From assembly GCA_041660065.1 (NCBI GenBank), contig JBAZXC010000001.1:136535-200534 (forward strand): DNA of 64,000 nucleotides. Reading direction: 5' to 3'. The position numbers and the translations under genes were made by a program. This document shows, piece after piece, positions 1 through 12,000 of the stretch. The number at the start of each line of letters is the position of its first letter. Within the stretch, counting starts at the first letter, position 1. Origin of the DNA: Parcubacteria group bacterium (GTDB taxonomy: Bacteria > Patescibacteriota > Minisyncoccia > Moranbacterales > GCA-2747515). Under the pieces are notes generated by a model. That model saw only the letters and a list, made by a program, of their open reading frames with translations. It did no database searches and had not been told where the DNA came from.

Positions 1-1344
1 GTTCAATGCGCGTCCGGCATCACGTATGGCGGCACGGCCGGCCATTGTTCCGAATGTGATGATCTGCGCCACATGATCTGCGCCATATGTTTTGCGCACA
101 TATGCCAACACATCGTCCCGACGATCGTCTGCAAAGTCCATATCAACATCAGGCATGGAGACGCGCTCAGGATTCAAGAAACGCTCAAAGAGAAGTTTGT
201 ACTCGATCGGGTCCATGTTGGTGATACCGGTGAGATAGGACACAAACGATCCGGCGGCAGATCCGCGTCCCGGACCGACGACGATCCCATCGTTTTTTGC
301 CCAGTTGACGAAATCTTGCACGATGAGGAAGTAGGAGGCATAGCCGGTTTTTTTGATGATATCCAATTCATATTCCATGCGCTTGCGCTGGATGCTGGTG
401 ATATTCGTGCCGAATTTTTTGACGAGGCCTGCCTCAGAAATGTCGCGCAGGTAGTCATCGGCGGTTTTCCCCTCCGGCAGAGGAAAGGACGGCAGTTTGG
501 TGTTACCGAGTTCCAATTCAAACGTGCATCGTGCGGCAATCTTTGTTGTGTTTGTGATCGCTTCGGGCACATCGGAAAAGATCGCAGACAGTTCTTTTTC
601 TGTGCGAAATGAGAGGTCAAACTGTTTCATATTCGGTCGGTCTCCGTCATCCACCTTGCGATTCATTTGAATACATAAAAGCACATCGTGGATATCGCTG
701 TCGTTTTTATTGATATAGTAGACATCACCGCAAGCAACAAGTGGAATTTTTGTATCACGACTCAGTTTTTTCAGTCCTTCATTGATCTTTTGTTGCGGTG
801 GAAAATTCGGATGGTCGTTGAGTTCAAGATAAAAATGATCTTTACCAAAGATATTCTCATAGAGGAGTGCTTTTTCCTTGGCTTGTTCATAGCCATCGTT
901 TTGGAGGAGCTCACCGATCTCGCCGGAGTTGTTGCCGGAGAGAGCGATGATTCCTTCGTGGTGCGTGCGCAATACATCATAGTCTACGCGTGGTTTGTAA
1001 TAAAAGCCGTCGAGCTGTGCGATCGTGATGATCTTGAGGAGATTTTTATAACCGATCTCATTTTCGGCAAGAAGTACGAGCTGATTGGTTTTGCGTGATT
1101 GGAGGGAGGCGGTTTTTTTATCCATGCCACCGGGTGCTATGAGGATCTCTGTGCCGATGATCGGGCGAATGCCGCGTTCCTTTGCTTTGACGGAAAACTC
1201 CACTGCGCCATACACTGCACTTTTGTCTGTGAGTGCGAGTGCTGTCATGCCGTTTTTTTCTGCCGCGTCTAACAGATCATCGATCTTTGCAAGACCGTTT
1301 AAGAGAGAATGATCGGAATGGACATGAAGATGCGTGAATGACAT
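1..1344 (-). CDS. dnaE: DNA polymerase III alpha subunit, N-terminal part (runs off window start)
   Basis: Manual translation from ATG at 1344: MSFTHLHVHSDHSLLNG (PHP domain), GPGRGSAAGS, FERFLNPERVSMPDVDMDF, VAQIITFGTM; open frame to position 1. Confidence 0.97.
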   Translation of the reverse strand, partial: MSFTHLHVHSDHSLLNGLAKIDDLLDAAEKNGMTALALTDKSAVYGAVEFSVKAKERGIRPIIGTEILIAPGGMDKKTASLQSRKTNQLVLLAENEIGYKNLLKIITIAQLDGFYYKPRVDYDVLRTHHEGIIALSGNNSGEIGELLQNDGYEQAKEKALLYENIFGKDHFYLELNDHPNFPPQQKINEGLKKLSRDTKIPLVACGDVYYINKNDSDIHDVLLCIQMNRKVDDGDRPNMKQFDLSFRTEKELSAIFSDVPEAITNTTKIAARCTFELELGNTKLPSFPLPEGKTADDYLRDISEAGLVKKFGTNITSIQRKRMEYELDIIKKTGYASYFLIVQDFVNWAKNDGIVVGPGRGSAAGSFVSYLTGITNMDPIEYKLLFERFLNPERVSMPDVDMDFADDRRDDVLAYVRKTYGADHVAQIITFGTMAGRAAIRDAGRALN

Positions 1345-1359
1345 AGTTTTATTAGGGGG

Positions 1360-1382
1360 TCCTGTCACTCGTGAGTGACGGG
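1360..1382. repeat. Short hairpin between divergent dnaE and rnhB
   Basis: CCTGTCACTC-GT-GAGTGACGGG inverted repeat. Confidence 0.5.
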
Positions 1383-1506
1383 ATTTGATGATCAAACTGT
1401 TTTTAGATGGTTATGGTAGATTTCTATGACATTGTAGCATATAATCGTATAAGGGTATAAGTTTTGATAATGGATACGTAATAACAGCTTGTCACTCACT
1501 AAAATT

Positions 1507-2178
1507 ATGAAAATTGCAACTTTTGAGAAGGAAAAAGCATATGGTGATGCCGGGTACGAGATGATTGTTGGTGTCGATGAGGTGGGACGCGGACCGTTGG
1601 CGGGGCCGGTGGTGACGGCGGCGTGTGTGATCAAAGATGTGGCGCACATTGCCTGTGACACGGATCGCGACAAAAGATGGGATCTCATCCGTGATTCCAA
1701 GCTTCTTAGCGAAAAGCAACGCAAGGAAGTGTACGCATTTATTGAAGAATTTTTTTATATCGGCATAGGGCTGAGCACGCCAGACACGATCGATCGGATC
1801 AATATTCTCCAAGCGACATTTCTCGCGATGAAAAAGGCGGTCGTCGATCTTGAGCGCGTGATCGATAAGGCGTGCGCATATGCTGATGCACAGCGGATGA
1901 TCGTGCTCATTGATGGCAATCAATTGATCCCGAATTTTACACGTGAACAAGCATGTGTATCAAAGGGTGATCAGATCGTAAAATCGATTGCCGCCGCGTC
2001 GATCATCGCCAAAGTGACGCGGGACACAATGATGGAAAAATATGACGCGCAATATCCGCAGTATGGTTTTGCCGCGCACAAGGGCTATGGCACCAAGGTG
2101 CATATGGACGCACTCACACAGTATGGCGCAACACCGATCCACAGGAAAAGTTTCGCACCGGTAAGAAATGTGCTATAA
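1507..2178 (+). CDS. rnhB: Ribonuclease HII
   Basis: GVDEVGRGPLAGPVV, DSKLL, KGD..SIAAASIIAKVTRD, HKGYGT motifs; ATG 1507 preferred over TTG 1489. Confidence 0.96.
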   Translation: MKIATFEKEKAYGDAGYEMIVGVDEVGRGPLAGPVVTAACVIKDVAHIACDTDRDKRWDLIRDSKLLSEKQRKEVYAFIEEFFYIGIGLSTPDTIDRINILQATFLAMKKAVVDLERVIDKACAYADAQRMIVLIDGNQLIPNFTREQACVSKGDQIVKSIAAASIIAKVTRDTMMEKYDAQYPQYGFAAHKGYGTKVHMDALTQYGATPIHRKSFAPVRNVL

Positions 2179-2334
2179 ATTTGCTATTTCAAGGCGCTTT
2201 GTTACAATGAAGGACTCGCTTTTTGCGGGTTGGAAGTTCTTTGTAAACGTGTGGAAACATGCGAAAATAGCAAGAAATGTCAGAAATCATCGTTTTCTGT
2301 TGCAGGTCAATTAAACTCAAGAAGGAGAGAAGCC

Positions 2335-5300
2335 ATGTTGCGTTTTTACAGAAAGGAATTGACGGATGGATCGGAGGATGTGGAATATTGTTTCAATGTG
2401 GAAATTTCTGCGGTACTTACTGATGAGGAGATGGCCAATTTGATGCAAATTCTCACGACGGGTTTGTTACACGTGCGTTATCCAGGGTCTCAACATATGA
2501 AGATCAAGATGTTGTTGAGATCGGTCCGCGTGTGAGTGTTGCGACAGCATATTCGACCAATCTGGTTTCTGTCTGCAGAAGTTGCGGATTGGATAAGATC
2601 ATGCGTATTGAACGGTCGCGGAGATATGTTATCCCTGCAACGACCGACAGAGCATATTTTATCCGCACACATCACGATCGTATGACGGAGATGGTATATG
2701 ATGAACCGCTTACGACGTTTGATACAGGCGTTGTGCCAGAGGAAGTGTATACGATTCCATTGATAGAAAATGGACCGGATGCACTGTGTGGTATCCCGGG
2801 TATTTCAATGGACGAAGCTGACCGTCAGTTTTACTACAAACATTTTGTAGAAGAGCACGGAAGGAATCCTACGATTGTTGAGATCATGGATCTCAACAAT
2901 GCCAATTCAGAGCATTCTCGCCACGGTTTCTTTAAAGGGAAACAAATTATCGATGGCGAGGTAAAAAAGGAAACATTGTTTGATCTGGTGACCTCAACTC
3001 TCGTGGCAAATCCTGAGAGTTCGGTGATCGCGTTCAAGGACAATTCCAGTGTGATCGAGGGATATGACATTGAAACAATTATCCCGGAAAATCCTGGATT
3101 TCCTTCGGCATTCACGCACGTACAGTGCACGTATCTGCTTTTGCTGACAGCTGAAACACACAATTTTCCGACCGGTGTGGCTCCATTTCCCGGGGCCGAG
3201 ACTGGAACAGGTGGGAGAATTCGTGATGTGCAGGCGACAGGGAGGGGCGGGTTTACCATTGCCGGTACAGCCGGTTATTGTGTGGGAAATATTCATTTTC
3301 CCGATCATAAGGTAAGTGGGCAATATCCTTGTCCGAGTAATCTGGCGACAGCATTGCAGATCGAGATCGAAGCGAGCAATGGAGCATCGGACTATGGAAA
3401 CAAATATGGTGAGCCACTTATCGCCGGATTTACCAGATCGTTTGACATGATGTTGGAAAGCGGTGAGCGATGGGGTTTTATAAAACCCATTATGTTCACC
3501 GGTGGTATCGGTCAAATGGATGCACGGCATACTGAAAAGGCGGAACCGGAAAAAGGGATGCTGATCGTGCAAGTTGGCGGACCGGCGTATCGTGTCGGGT
3601 TTGGCGGCGGAGCGGCATCGAGCATGCTTCAAGGTGAAAATGATGCGGGACTGGATTTCAATGCGGTACAGCGCGGTGATGCGGAGATGGAACAAAAGAT
3701 GAATCGTGTCATCCGTGCGTGCAATGAAATGGGAGGCAAAACCATCGTCGAGGTTATTCACGATCAAGGTGCCGGCGGACCTGCCAATGTTTTGAAAGAG
3801 TTGGTAGAAAAGTCAGGTGGCAAGATCGAGATACGCAACATTCGTGTTGGCGATCCGACGATGTCGGTTTTGGAAATCTACGTTGCGGAATATCAGGAGC
3901 GTAACGGTTTCTTGATTCGTCCGGAAAACAGAGAACAGTTCAAGGCAATTTGCGAGAGGGAAAAAGTGGGCTGTGAATTTTTGGGCGAAGTGACGGGAGA
4001 CTTGCGTTTCATCGTCAATGATGCACAGGATGATTCAACGCCGGTAGATATTGCGTTGGATAAACTTTTGGGGGGTATCCCTCAAAAAGAGTTTCGGGAC
4101 AATTCTGTTGACCCGAAATTGGTACCGCTTACTATTCCGGAAAGTCTTACCGTATGGGATGCTTTGTGGACGGTTCTACGTCTTCTTTCCGTCGGATCAA
4201 AACGGTTTTTGACCAGCAAGGTAGATCGTTCTGTAACGGGATTGATCGCGCAACAGCAATGTTGCGGTCCACTGCAATTGACAGTTGGTGATGTGGCAAT
4301 TGTTGCTCAATCGCATTTTGGACTGACGGGAATGGCTACAGCAATCGGAGAACAGCCGATCAAGATGTTGGTGGATCCGGCTGCCGGTGCGCGGATGTCT
4401 GTAGGCGAAGCCTTGACCAATCTGGTGTGGGCGAGCGGCGTTGATCTGAAAAAGGTAAAATGTAGTGCCAACTGGATGTGGGCGCCAAAACTTCCCGGTG
4501 AAGGAGCGGCAATATATGCCGCCGCTACAGCAATGCGGGATGTCATGATCGAGTTGGGAGTCGCGGTAGATGGTGGTAAAGATAGTTTATCCATGGCCAC
4601 CATAGTGGAAGGCAAAACAGTCAAGTCACCGCGTGAACTGGTGATCTCTGTTTATGCAGCCATACCTGACATCACGCGGAAAGTAACACCGGATATTAAA
4701 CGTCCTGGTGAAAGCGTGATTTTTGTCATTGATCCTTCGATGTGGAAAATGCGTATGGGTGGATCAGCGTTGGCACAAGCACTGGATCAGATTGGCGATG
4801 AATCGCCGGATATGGATGATCCAATGCTCGTAAAACGGATGTTCCATGCCGTACAAGAACTCATCGATAAAGATCTCATTTTGGCCGGTCATGACAGAAG
4901 TGATGGTGGAATTATCACGACACTGCTGGAGATGGCTTTTTCCGGAGATTGTGGGCTGGATGTCACGATGCCGGGGAGTGGCAATGCTTTGGAAATGCTC
5001 TTTTCTGAGGAGCTTGGCGTCGTGTGTGAATGTTTGCAAAAGGATTGGAAAGCAGTTGCAGAAGTTTTGAATTCAGCCGGTGTGCCATGGGCGGTTATCG
5101 GTGACACTATCGAGGAGAGGCACATCAGAATCAGTTGTAATGGTGACGTCGTGCTCGATGAAGAAATGCGGTTTTTGAGACAATGGTGGGAAGAAACATC
5201 CCATCAGTTCGATCGAGTGCAAACCAATCCTGTGTGTGCTGAGCAAGAATACCGAAACATCGTTCTGTGTACGGCTCCACAGCATGTTGTTCCTTTTACC

Positions 5301-6158
5301 CCATGTCCGACGCCAACACACATTATAAAGGCGACGGAAAAACCGCGTGTAGCGATATTGCGTGAAGAGGGGAGTAACGGCGACCGAGAGATGACCTCCG
5401 CTTTTTATCACGCGGGATTTGACGTATGGGATGTCATGATGACGGATCTCTTGGAAGGCAAAGTGAAATTGGATCAATTCAGAGGACTTGTGGCTGTTGG
5501 TGGGTTTTCTTATGCCGACGTGCCGGAGAGTGCCAAAGGATGGGCGGCAACGATTCGGTGCAACACGATGCTCAACAAAATGTTTACGGACTTTTATGAT
5601 CGTCCGGATACATTTACATTGGGTGTGTGCAACGGGTGTCAACTCTTTGCGCTTCTGGGATGGGTGCCATGGCGCGGTTTGTCTGATGAAAAGCAACCAC
5701 GATTTGTGCGCAATGCCTCGGGTCGCTTTGAGTCCCGGTGGTCAACAGTGAACATTCAAAGCAGTCCGGCCATTATGCTGAAAGGTATGGAAGGATCTAC
5801 GCTGGGTGTTCCGATCGCACACGGGGAGGGAAGGATATACTTTCCCGATCCGCACATCATGTATGATGTGTATAATGATGATCTGATCCCGATCGTCTAC
5901 ACGGACTATGAAGGAAGTGTTGATGGGGAAGTTTCTCATAGCTATCCTTTCAATCCCAATGGTTCGCCAATGGGCATCGCGGGCTTATGTTCACCGGATG
6001 GGCGACATCTTGCGATGATGCCACATCCTGAGAGAGCTTTTCTTTTGTGGCAGTGGCAATGGATGCCTGAGCGGATGAAACGCAAACTCAAAGCATCGCC
6101 GTGGCTCACAATGTTCCAAAATGCGTTTGACTGGTGCATAAAAAATACCAGCATATAA
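2335..6158 (+). CDS. purL: Phosphoribosylformylglycinamidine synthase, large single-chain PurL; apparent 1-nt frameshift near 2455
   Basis: NSEHSRH, AETHNFPT, GGRIRD, glutaminase GVCNGCQ and MMPHPER. SD AAGGAG + ATG 2335 (MLRFYR..) is in a different frame from VVEIGPRVSVATAYSTN and the main ORF 2532-6158. Confidence 0.93.
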
Positions 6159-6176
6159 TTTTAAGGGGGTGATCTC

Positions 6177-6215
6177 AAAAGCCTGACTGATAAATACAGT
6201 CAGGCTTTTTATTTT
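6177..6215 (+). terminator. Intrinsic terminator after purL
   Basis: AAAAGCCTGACTG-ataaata-CAGTCAGGCTTTT plus T-rich tail. Confidence 0.85.
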
Positions 6216-6393
6216 TACGGATAAGCGTATACATATATTATGATAATGAACTTGGGGGGTGACAAGATCGCGGATCTGTGCTACACTGTCAACTTAGTGG
6301 TCCTTTTACAACATGATAAATGGCATAATACTGTCAAAAAAAATAGAGGTGTAGATTTTTTTATGATGAAAAAATATGAGGAGGTTTGCACGC

Positions 6394-6540
6394 ATGAGAT
6401 GGATAGTTTGTGGACGATACGAGTATGAATATGACGCACATGGCAAGTGCACGGGGTGGTGTCGTTATGTGGACGGTAAACGAGAAGATGGCCGTCATCC
6501 GGCATGGCATATCAGAACGGGCGATACGCGCATTACGTAA
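6394..6540 (+). CDS. Small hypothetical protein (48 aa, MRWIVCGRYEYEYDAHGKCTGW...)
   Basis: GAGGAGG SD 9 nt upstream; promoter-like GTGACA-N17-TACACT at 6259-6287; below ORF-track cutoff. Confidence 0.5.
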   Translation: MRWIVCGRYEYEYDAHGKCTGWCRYVDGKREDGRHPAWHIRTGDTRIT

Positions 6541-6660
6541 ATGCAAGACATTTCTCACAGGGAACACAAGGGCGATCTCAACAGTAGATCGTCCTTTTAA
6601 TGTGGTTTTGCATAAAAACATAGTACGCTACATATACAGCGCAATCCCATAATCCCCAAA

Positions 6661-6694
6661 GTAACATAATCCTACGGCCGTAAGATTATGTTAC
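6661..6694. terminator. Hairpin or terminator upstream of rpsL promoter
   Basis: GTAACATAATC-C-TACGG/CCGTA-A-GATTATGTTAC near-perfect palindrome. Confidence 0.6.
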
Positions 6695-6849
6695 AATTTC
6701 TTTCGCGAAAGTTGTGTTGACAGATCATAAAAAATGAGATATTCTGTACAAAGCTATTTGCGAATAGTGTTTTTTGCTTATATTGGTAATGGGTTACGGT
6801 ATGAGCAAAAGAGTTGCAAGGATGTTAATTGATCTAATAATAAATTATT

Positions 6850-7266
6850 GTGCCTACAATCAACCAATTGAAGCGCCGTTCACGCAAGCAACAGAGCAAA
6901 AAAAACACGTCGCCTGCGATGACTACGGTTTTCAATACACTGCAAAACAAGCCGGTGAAATCACAGGGTCCGTTTAAACGTGGCGTGTGTCTCAAGGTTT
7001 CTACTACAACACCAAAAAAGCCGAACTCCGCATTGCGCAAAATTGCTCGTGTGAAATTGACCAACGGGATGGAAGTCACGGCATATATCGGCGGTGAAGG
7101 ACATAATCTCCAAGAGCATTCCATCGTAATGATTCGTGGCGGTCGTGTGAAAGATTTGCCGGGCGTGCGTTATCATGTGGTACGTGGCGTTCTTGACTGT
7201 GCCGGTGTAGATGGTCGCAGACGCGGTCGTTCAAAATACGGAGCAAAGAGACCACAAAAAGCATAG
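6850..7266 (+). CDS. rpsL: 30S ribosomal protein S12
   Basis: [39 protein letters not shown]; GTG start. Confidence 0.99.
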   Translation: MPTINQLKRRSRKQQSKKNTSPAMTTVFNTLQNKPVKSQGPFKRGVCLKVSTTTPKKPNSALRKIARVKLTNGMEVTAYIGGEGHNLQEHSIVMIRGGRVKDLPGVRYHVVRGVLDCAGVDGRRRGRSKYGAKRPQKA

Positions 7267-7310
7267 TCTTAACTGATGATAATTTTTTTTGAAATCTAAT
7301 TGTAAATTTT

Positions 7311-7778
7311 ATGCCAAGACGTAAGAGAGTTTATAGAAAGTCATGGCGACTTGATCCACAATATGCCAACATATTGGTCGGTCGTTTCATCGGACAAATC
7401 ATGCTCAACGGAAAAAGATCAACTGCAGAGCGGTTGGTGTATGACTCTTTTGATATTATCCAAAAACGTACCAAAAAAGGCGGTTTGAATGTTTTTGAAC
7501 AAGCGATCAAAAACGTTTCCCCGCTCGTTGCGCTCAAATCACGCCGTATCGGTGGGGCGAATTATCAAGTGCCGGTACCGGTTGTGGGAGAGAGACGACA
7601 GACACTTGCAATGCGATGGATCCGCGAGGCATGTCGCAAAGGCAAAGGCAAAGGTTTCGCAGACAAACTGGCTACAGAACTTATCGCAGCAGCCGAAAAA
7701 GAAGGCTCCGCAATGAAAAAACGTGAAGAAACCCATCGCATGGCAGATGCAAACAAGGCATTTGCACATTTTGCATAA
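7311..7778 (+). CDS. rpsG: 30S ribosomal protein S7
   Basis: SRRIGGANYQVP, HRMADANKAFAHF. Confidence 0.99.
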   Translation: MPRRKRVYRKSWRLDPQYANILVGRFIGQIMLNGKRSTAERLVYDSFDIIQKRTKKGGLNVFEQAIKNVSPLVALKSRRIGGANYQVPVPVVGERRQTLAMRWIREACRKGKGKGFADKLATELIAAAEKEGSAMKKREETHRMADANKAFAHFA

Positions 7779-7821
7779 TATTTTTTGATCCCACGGGAGC
7801 ATAAAAAAATAAAAAAACAGT

Positions 7822-8724
7822 ATGAAGAAAATAATGTATCGCTTTGTCGATGTGTGGAAGGTTGATTTTCTCACAAAATTTTTTGCAGGAGAACATCGTA
7901 ATACGTGCACGACGATTTCTTTTTGGGTGCTGTCCAATGTGGTCATTGTTTTTGTTTTGTCTGTGCAGATGTTCGTTTTTCTTTATGCATCAAAAAGCGT
8001 CGTGATCGATGGCGTGCAAAATGCTATCGGTGATGGTGCCACGATCACATTTTTGGACGGTCAGATGACCACTGAAAACATCGATGACCCGTTCTTCAGA
8101 GAAATCAAAACAACAAATGCCAACGGGCAAAGTGTGACATCGGTCGTGATCATTGATATGCATGCAGATACTTATGATCTTGACGCTTTGGACGAGTATG
8201 CGGGCGGTGTGATCGCTTTGCATGATCGTATGTATATCAAAGACGGCAATGATATCACACAAATGTTGTATACCAATGTGCGGAATTTTTCGTTGTCAAA
8301 AGAACAGGTCTTGGCGTATATCGATCGATATTATGCAGTGCCGTTTGTCCTTTTGGCGACGGTTATTGTTGGTGTAGTCCTTTTGCTTACGATGATGATC
8401 GGACGGACGATTGCCGCGTTATGGTGGGCGCTGATGCTTTATATGATCGGTCTCATTATGAATGTGCGCATGGCATACGACATTGCATTTAAAAGTGTGT
8501 TGAATTTGTATTTTGTCCCGATGAGCGTTGTCGTGCTTCTGGGGATTATCAATATACAAATTCCTCTCTTGACAACGGTGATCTTTATTGCGATGTTTGT
8601 TGCAAATCTCATATGGCTCAAGAGACACGTTGAGCCGGAAAAAGCCGATACATCTGACGTTGTTGTGACAAAGACGCAAGAAGAAGCGGAAGAAGCAGTC
8701 GCGACATCGCCGGAAAAAATGTAA
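7822..8724 (+). CDS. Membrane protein (DUF1189-like topology)
   Basis: N-terminal TM helix, extracellular loop, 3-4 C-terminal TM helices. Confidence 0.7.
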   Translation: MKKIMYRFVDVWKVDFLTKFFAGEHRNTCTTISFWVLSNVVIVFVLSVQMFVFLYASKSVVIDGVQNAIGDGATITFLDGQMTTENIDDPFFREIKTTNANGQSVTSVVIIDMHADTYDLDALDEYAGGVIALHDRMYIKDGNDITQMLYTNVRNFSLSKEQVLAYIDRYYAVPFVLLATVIVGVVLLLTMMIGRTIAALWWALMLYMIGLIMNVRMAYDIAFKSVLNLYFVPMSVVVLLGIINIQIPLLTTVIFIAMFVANLIWLKRHVEPEKADTSDVVVTKTQEEAEEAVATSPEKM

Positions 8725-8814
8725 ACTATAATATATAGTGACAGGAACTGCACCATGTGGTATAGTGGTACAACAATATAACGTAGATATTTATAAATAA
8801 ATCAATCAAAACAT

Positions 8815-10914
8815 ATGAGTAGCAGTAGGAAGACGCCGATCGGTAAGTTGCGTAACATTGGTATTATCGCACACATTGATGCAGGAAAAACCACGACAAC
8901 GGAACGTGTCCTTTTTTATACGGGGATTTCACATAAAATTGGTGAGGTACATGAAGGAGAAGCGACGATGGACTGGATGGAGCAGGAACGAGAGCGTGGT
9001 ATCACGATCACATCTGCGGCAACGACAACTTTTTGGAAAGGTTATCAGATCAATATCATCGACACACCGGGACATGTGGACTTCACTGTAGAGGTAGAGC
9101 GTTCGATGCGCGTATTGGACGGTGGCGTAGTCGTCTTTGATGGAAAAGAAGGTGTGGAACCGCAATCAGAGACTGTATGGCGTCAAGCAGACAAATACAA
9201 AGTGCCTCGTATTTGCTTTATCAATAAAATCGATAAAGAGGGTGCCGACTTTGATCGTGCATTAGACTCAATTCATCAGCGTTTGACACCGCATGCAATT
9301 GCAGCACAATTGCCAATTGGTGAACGTGGGGGTTTTGAAGGCGTTGTCGATCTTGTGACGATGAAAAAAATCACCTTTGGCGGTAAAATGGGTGAGGAAG
9401 TGATCGTGGATGAGTGTCCGGAAGAATTGAAAGCAAAGGCGTTGGAATGGCGAGAAAAATTGATAGAAAAAGCTGCAGAGCAGGATGATAGTGTCATGGA
9501 AAAATATCTTGCCGGAGAAGAAATTTCTGAGGCAGAATTAAAAGCGGCGATCCGCAAGGGCGTGATTGCGACGACGCTTATCCCTGTATTTACGGGGACA
9601 GCTTTGCAAAACAAGGGTGTACAACCGGTATTGGATGCAGTTGTTGATTATTTGCCGGCACCAAACGAAATTCCGCCAATCATCGGTAAAGATCCGAGAA
9701 ATGCAGAAAAAGAAATTATTCGCAAGGCAACGGATGAGGAGCCATTTTCTGCGCTTGCATTCAAGGTAGCGACGGATCCTTTTGTGGGACAGTTGATCTT
9801 TTTCCGTATTTATTCAGGTTCTCTTCAGTCAGGGTCATATGTCGTCAACACGACAAGTGGAAAGAAAGAGCGCATCGGTCGTATCTTGCGCATGCATTCA
9901 AACAATCGTGAAGAAGTGCCGGAGCTTTTTGCCGGTGAGATTGGAGCACTTGTGGGATTGAAGGCGACAAAAACCGGTGATACATTATGTGATCCGGACA
10001 ATCAGGTGGTGTTGGAGTCCATCGAATTTCCGGAGCCGGTGATCGCGATTGCCGTCGAACCAAAGACAAAAGCAGACCAAGAAAAAATGGGGATCGCATT
10101 GGGCAAACTTGCCGAGGAAGACCCGACATTTCGTGTGCGCACAGATGAGGAGTCCGGGCAAACGATCATTTCCGGTATGGGTGAATTGCATCTTGATATT
10201 ATTGTGGACCGTATGCGTCGCGAATTCAAAGTGGAGGCAAATATCGGACAACCACAAGTGTCCTATCGTGAAACGATCACACAGACAGCGGAAGGTGAAG
10301 GTAAATTCATCAAGCAGTCCGGTGGACGTGGGCAATATGGTCATTGTTGGGTACGTATTTCGCCGCGTGAACAGGGTCAGGGATTTGAATTCGTCGATGA
10401 GATCAAGGGTGGTGTGATCCCGCAAGAATACATCAAGCCGGTACAACAGGGAGCGGCAGAGGCGATGGGTAACGGCGTGATCGCAGGATACCCGATGGTG
10501 GACGTTTCCGTTGCACTCTATGACGGTAGTTATCATGATGTTGATTCATCTGAGGCGGCGTTCAAGGTTGCGGGCTCAATGGCGTTCAAAGCGGCCGTGC
10601 GCAATGCGAAGCCGATCATTTTGGAACCGATCATGGCAGTGGTGATCCTCACGCCGGAACAGTCTATGGGTGATGTGGTGGGTGATGTCAATGCAAAGCG
10701 CGGTATCATCAAAGAGATGAAAGATCGCGGAGAAGGCATGGCAATTCTCAAGGAAATTCATGCTGAGATCCCGCTTGCGTCAATGTTTGGCTATGCAACA
10801 CAATTGCGCTCAATGTCACAAGGACGTGCAAGTTCCACAATGGAATTCAGTCATTATGCAGAAGTGCCAAATAGCATCGCACAAGAGATCATTGGCAGTA
10901 ACGAGAAAAAGTAG
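8815..10914 (+). CDS. fusA: Elongation factor G
   Basis: [34 protein letters not shown]. Confidence 0.99.
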   Translation: MSSSRKTPIGKLRNIGIIAHIDAGKTTTTERVLFYTGISHKIGEVHEGEATMDWMEQERERGITITSAATTTFWKGYQINIIDTPGHVDFTVEVERSMRVLDGGVVVFDGKEGVEPQSETVWRQADKYKVPRICFINKIDKEGADFDRALDSIHQRLTPHAIAAQLPIGERGGFEGVVDLVTMKKITFGGKMGEEVIVDECPEELKAKALEWREKLIEKAAEQDDSVMEKYLAGEEISEAELKAAIRKGVIATTLIPVFTGTALQNKGVQPVLDAVVDYLPAPNEIPPIIGKDPRNAEKEIIRKATDEEPFSALAFKVATDPFVGQLIFFRIYSGSLQSGSYVVNTTSGKKERIGRILRMHSNNREEVPELFAGEIGALVGLKATKTGDTLCDPDNQVVLESIEFPEPVIAIAVEPKTKADQEKMGIALGKLAEEDPTFRVRTDEESGQTIISGMGELHLDIIVDRMRREFKVEANIGQPQVSYRETITQTAEGEGKFIKQSGGRGQYGHCWVRISPREQGQGFEFVDEIKGGVIPQEYIKPVQQGAAEAMGNGVIAGYPMVDVSVALYDGSYHDVDSSEAAFKVAGSMAFKAAVRNAKPIILEPIMAVVILTPEQSMGDVVGDVNAKRGIIKEMKDRGEGMAILKEIHAEIPLASMFGYATQLRSMSQGRASSTMEFSHYAEVPNSIAQEIIGSNEKK

Positions 10915-10944
10915 ATCATTACCGGAATCGATGGGAATATGTGC

Positions 10945-10978
10945 AAACCCCGCATTTGTATGCGGGGTTTGACTTTTT
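10945..10978 (+). terminator. Intrinsic terminator after fusA
   Basis: AAACCCCGCAT-ttgt-ATGCGGGGTTT followed by T run. Confidence 0.85.
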
Positions 10979-11068
10979 ATATTGCATTGTCTATCCTGCA
11001 TAAGAAGGAGTTCTTTTGTATGTATGGATGTAAAAAACAACATCTTATGACTGTGGAGGTAAGGACGC

Positions 11069-11506
11069 ATGAAATTCAAGCTCGTATTGATCGGTAAGTC
11101 ATGGAAAGACAACGTGTGGGGGTTGACGATGGTCAATGCTCTCAATGATGTTAAATTTAATGCCGTATTGGCGGATATTTTTGATGCATGTATCGAAGGT
11201 GCAAACAAAATGGGACCGGCCGAATTGTATCGGCAAGATGACGACTACGGAAAACATCCCCGTTTTCCTGATCGTGTGGCGATCAGTATTTGTTTTTCGC
11301 AAGCGTTTGATAAAGATGGTCGAGATTGGGAAAGGTTTGCAAGATCTGTTGTGGATCATGTAAAGGCAACACTGAGTGATGCACGAAATAAGATGGGAGG
11401 ATTAACGGAAACGCACAATGTGCAACTTTTTTTTGAAGGACATGTCACGAATTTTTCCGGAGCAAGCAGATTTATCGAAATTGGACCGATGAACATGCAC
11501 GTGTGA
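11069..11506 (+). CDS. Hypothetical protein (orphan, own promoter/SD/terminator)
   Basis: 145-aa ORF with GGAGG SD. Confidence 0.7.
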   Translation: MKFKLVLIGKSWKDNVWGLTMVNALNDVKFNAVLADIFDACIEGANKMGPAELYRQDDDYGKHPRFPDRVAISICFSQAFDKDGRDWERFARSVVDHVKATLSDARNKMGGLTETHNVQLFFEGHVTNFSGASRFIEIGPMNMHV

Positions 11507-11534
11507 TCTTGGATGGTAAAGCAATAACAAAATC

Positions 11535-11569
11535 AAAAAAGCAGCGATTACTCGCTGCTTTCTTTTTTT
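11535..11569. terminator. Bidirectional terminator
   Basis: AAAAAAGCAGCGA-ttac-TCGCTGCTTT-T rich, between convergent genes. Confidence 0.8.
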
Positions 11570-11604
11570 ACAAAGATGTTTTAAATATCCTGTAAGAAGT
11601 CGTA

Positions 11605-11805
11605 TTACGCTCGGCTAACATTCACTGCGTTCTGGCCTTTAGGACCATCAGCAATTTCAAATGTTACGTCGTCACCTTCCTGAAGGTCATTGAATTCAAC
11701 ACCCTGCAATTCAGATGCATGAAAGAACAAGTCTTTTTCTGCACCATCTTGAGAGATGAATCCAAAACCACGGTCTGTGAGACGAGCAATTTTTCCTTTG
11801 TTCAT
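11605..11805 (-). CDS. cspA: Cold-shock protein
   Basis: RGFGFI (RNP1), LFFH (RNP2), GPKGQNAVNV. Confidence 0.95.
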   Translation of the reverse strand: MNKGKIARLTDRGFGFISQDGAEKDLFFHASELQGVEFNDLQEGDDVTFEIADGPKGQNAVNVSRA

Positions 11806-12000
11806 CGTTTGGAATAGCTTATATTTGTTACTTTATTCAAATACAGGTGGTCTGTTCGATGAAACTCGACTAAGATCTTCTTACAGTTCTGATTTGATTG
11901 CATCAAGTATAACAAGGATTGAAAATTTTGTCAAGGTGTGCCTTGTTGACGCAATGTGATATAATTGTATCGATGTGTAAACAAAAAATAATAAAAATAT

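Noticed and set aside
73-1312. Plus-strand ORFs 73-612, 688-1098 and 1085-1312
   Set aside because: Antisense shadows of dnaE
2210-2330. Purine or ZTP riboswitch upstream of purL
   Set aside because: Only small hairpins; no recognisable aptamer consensus or expression platform
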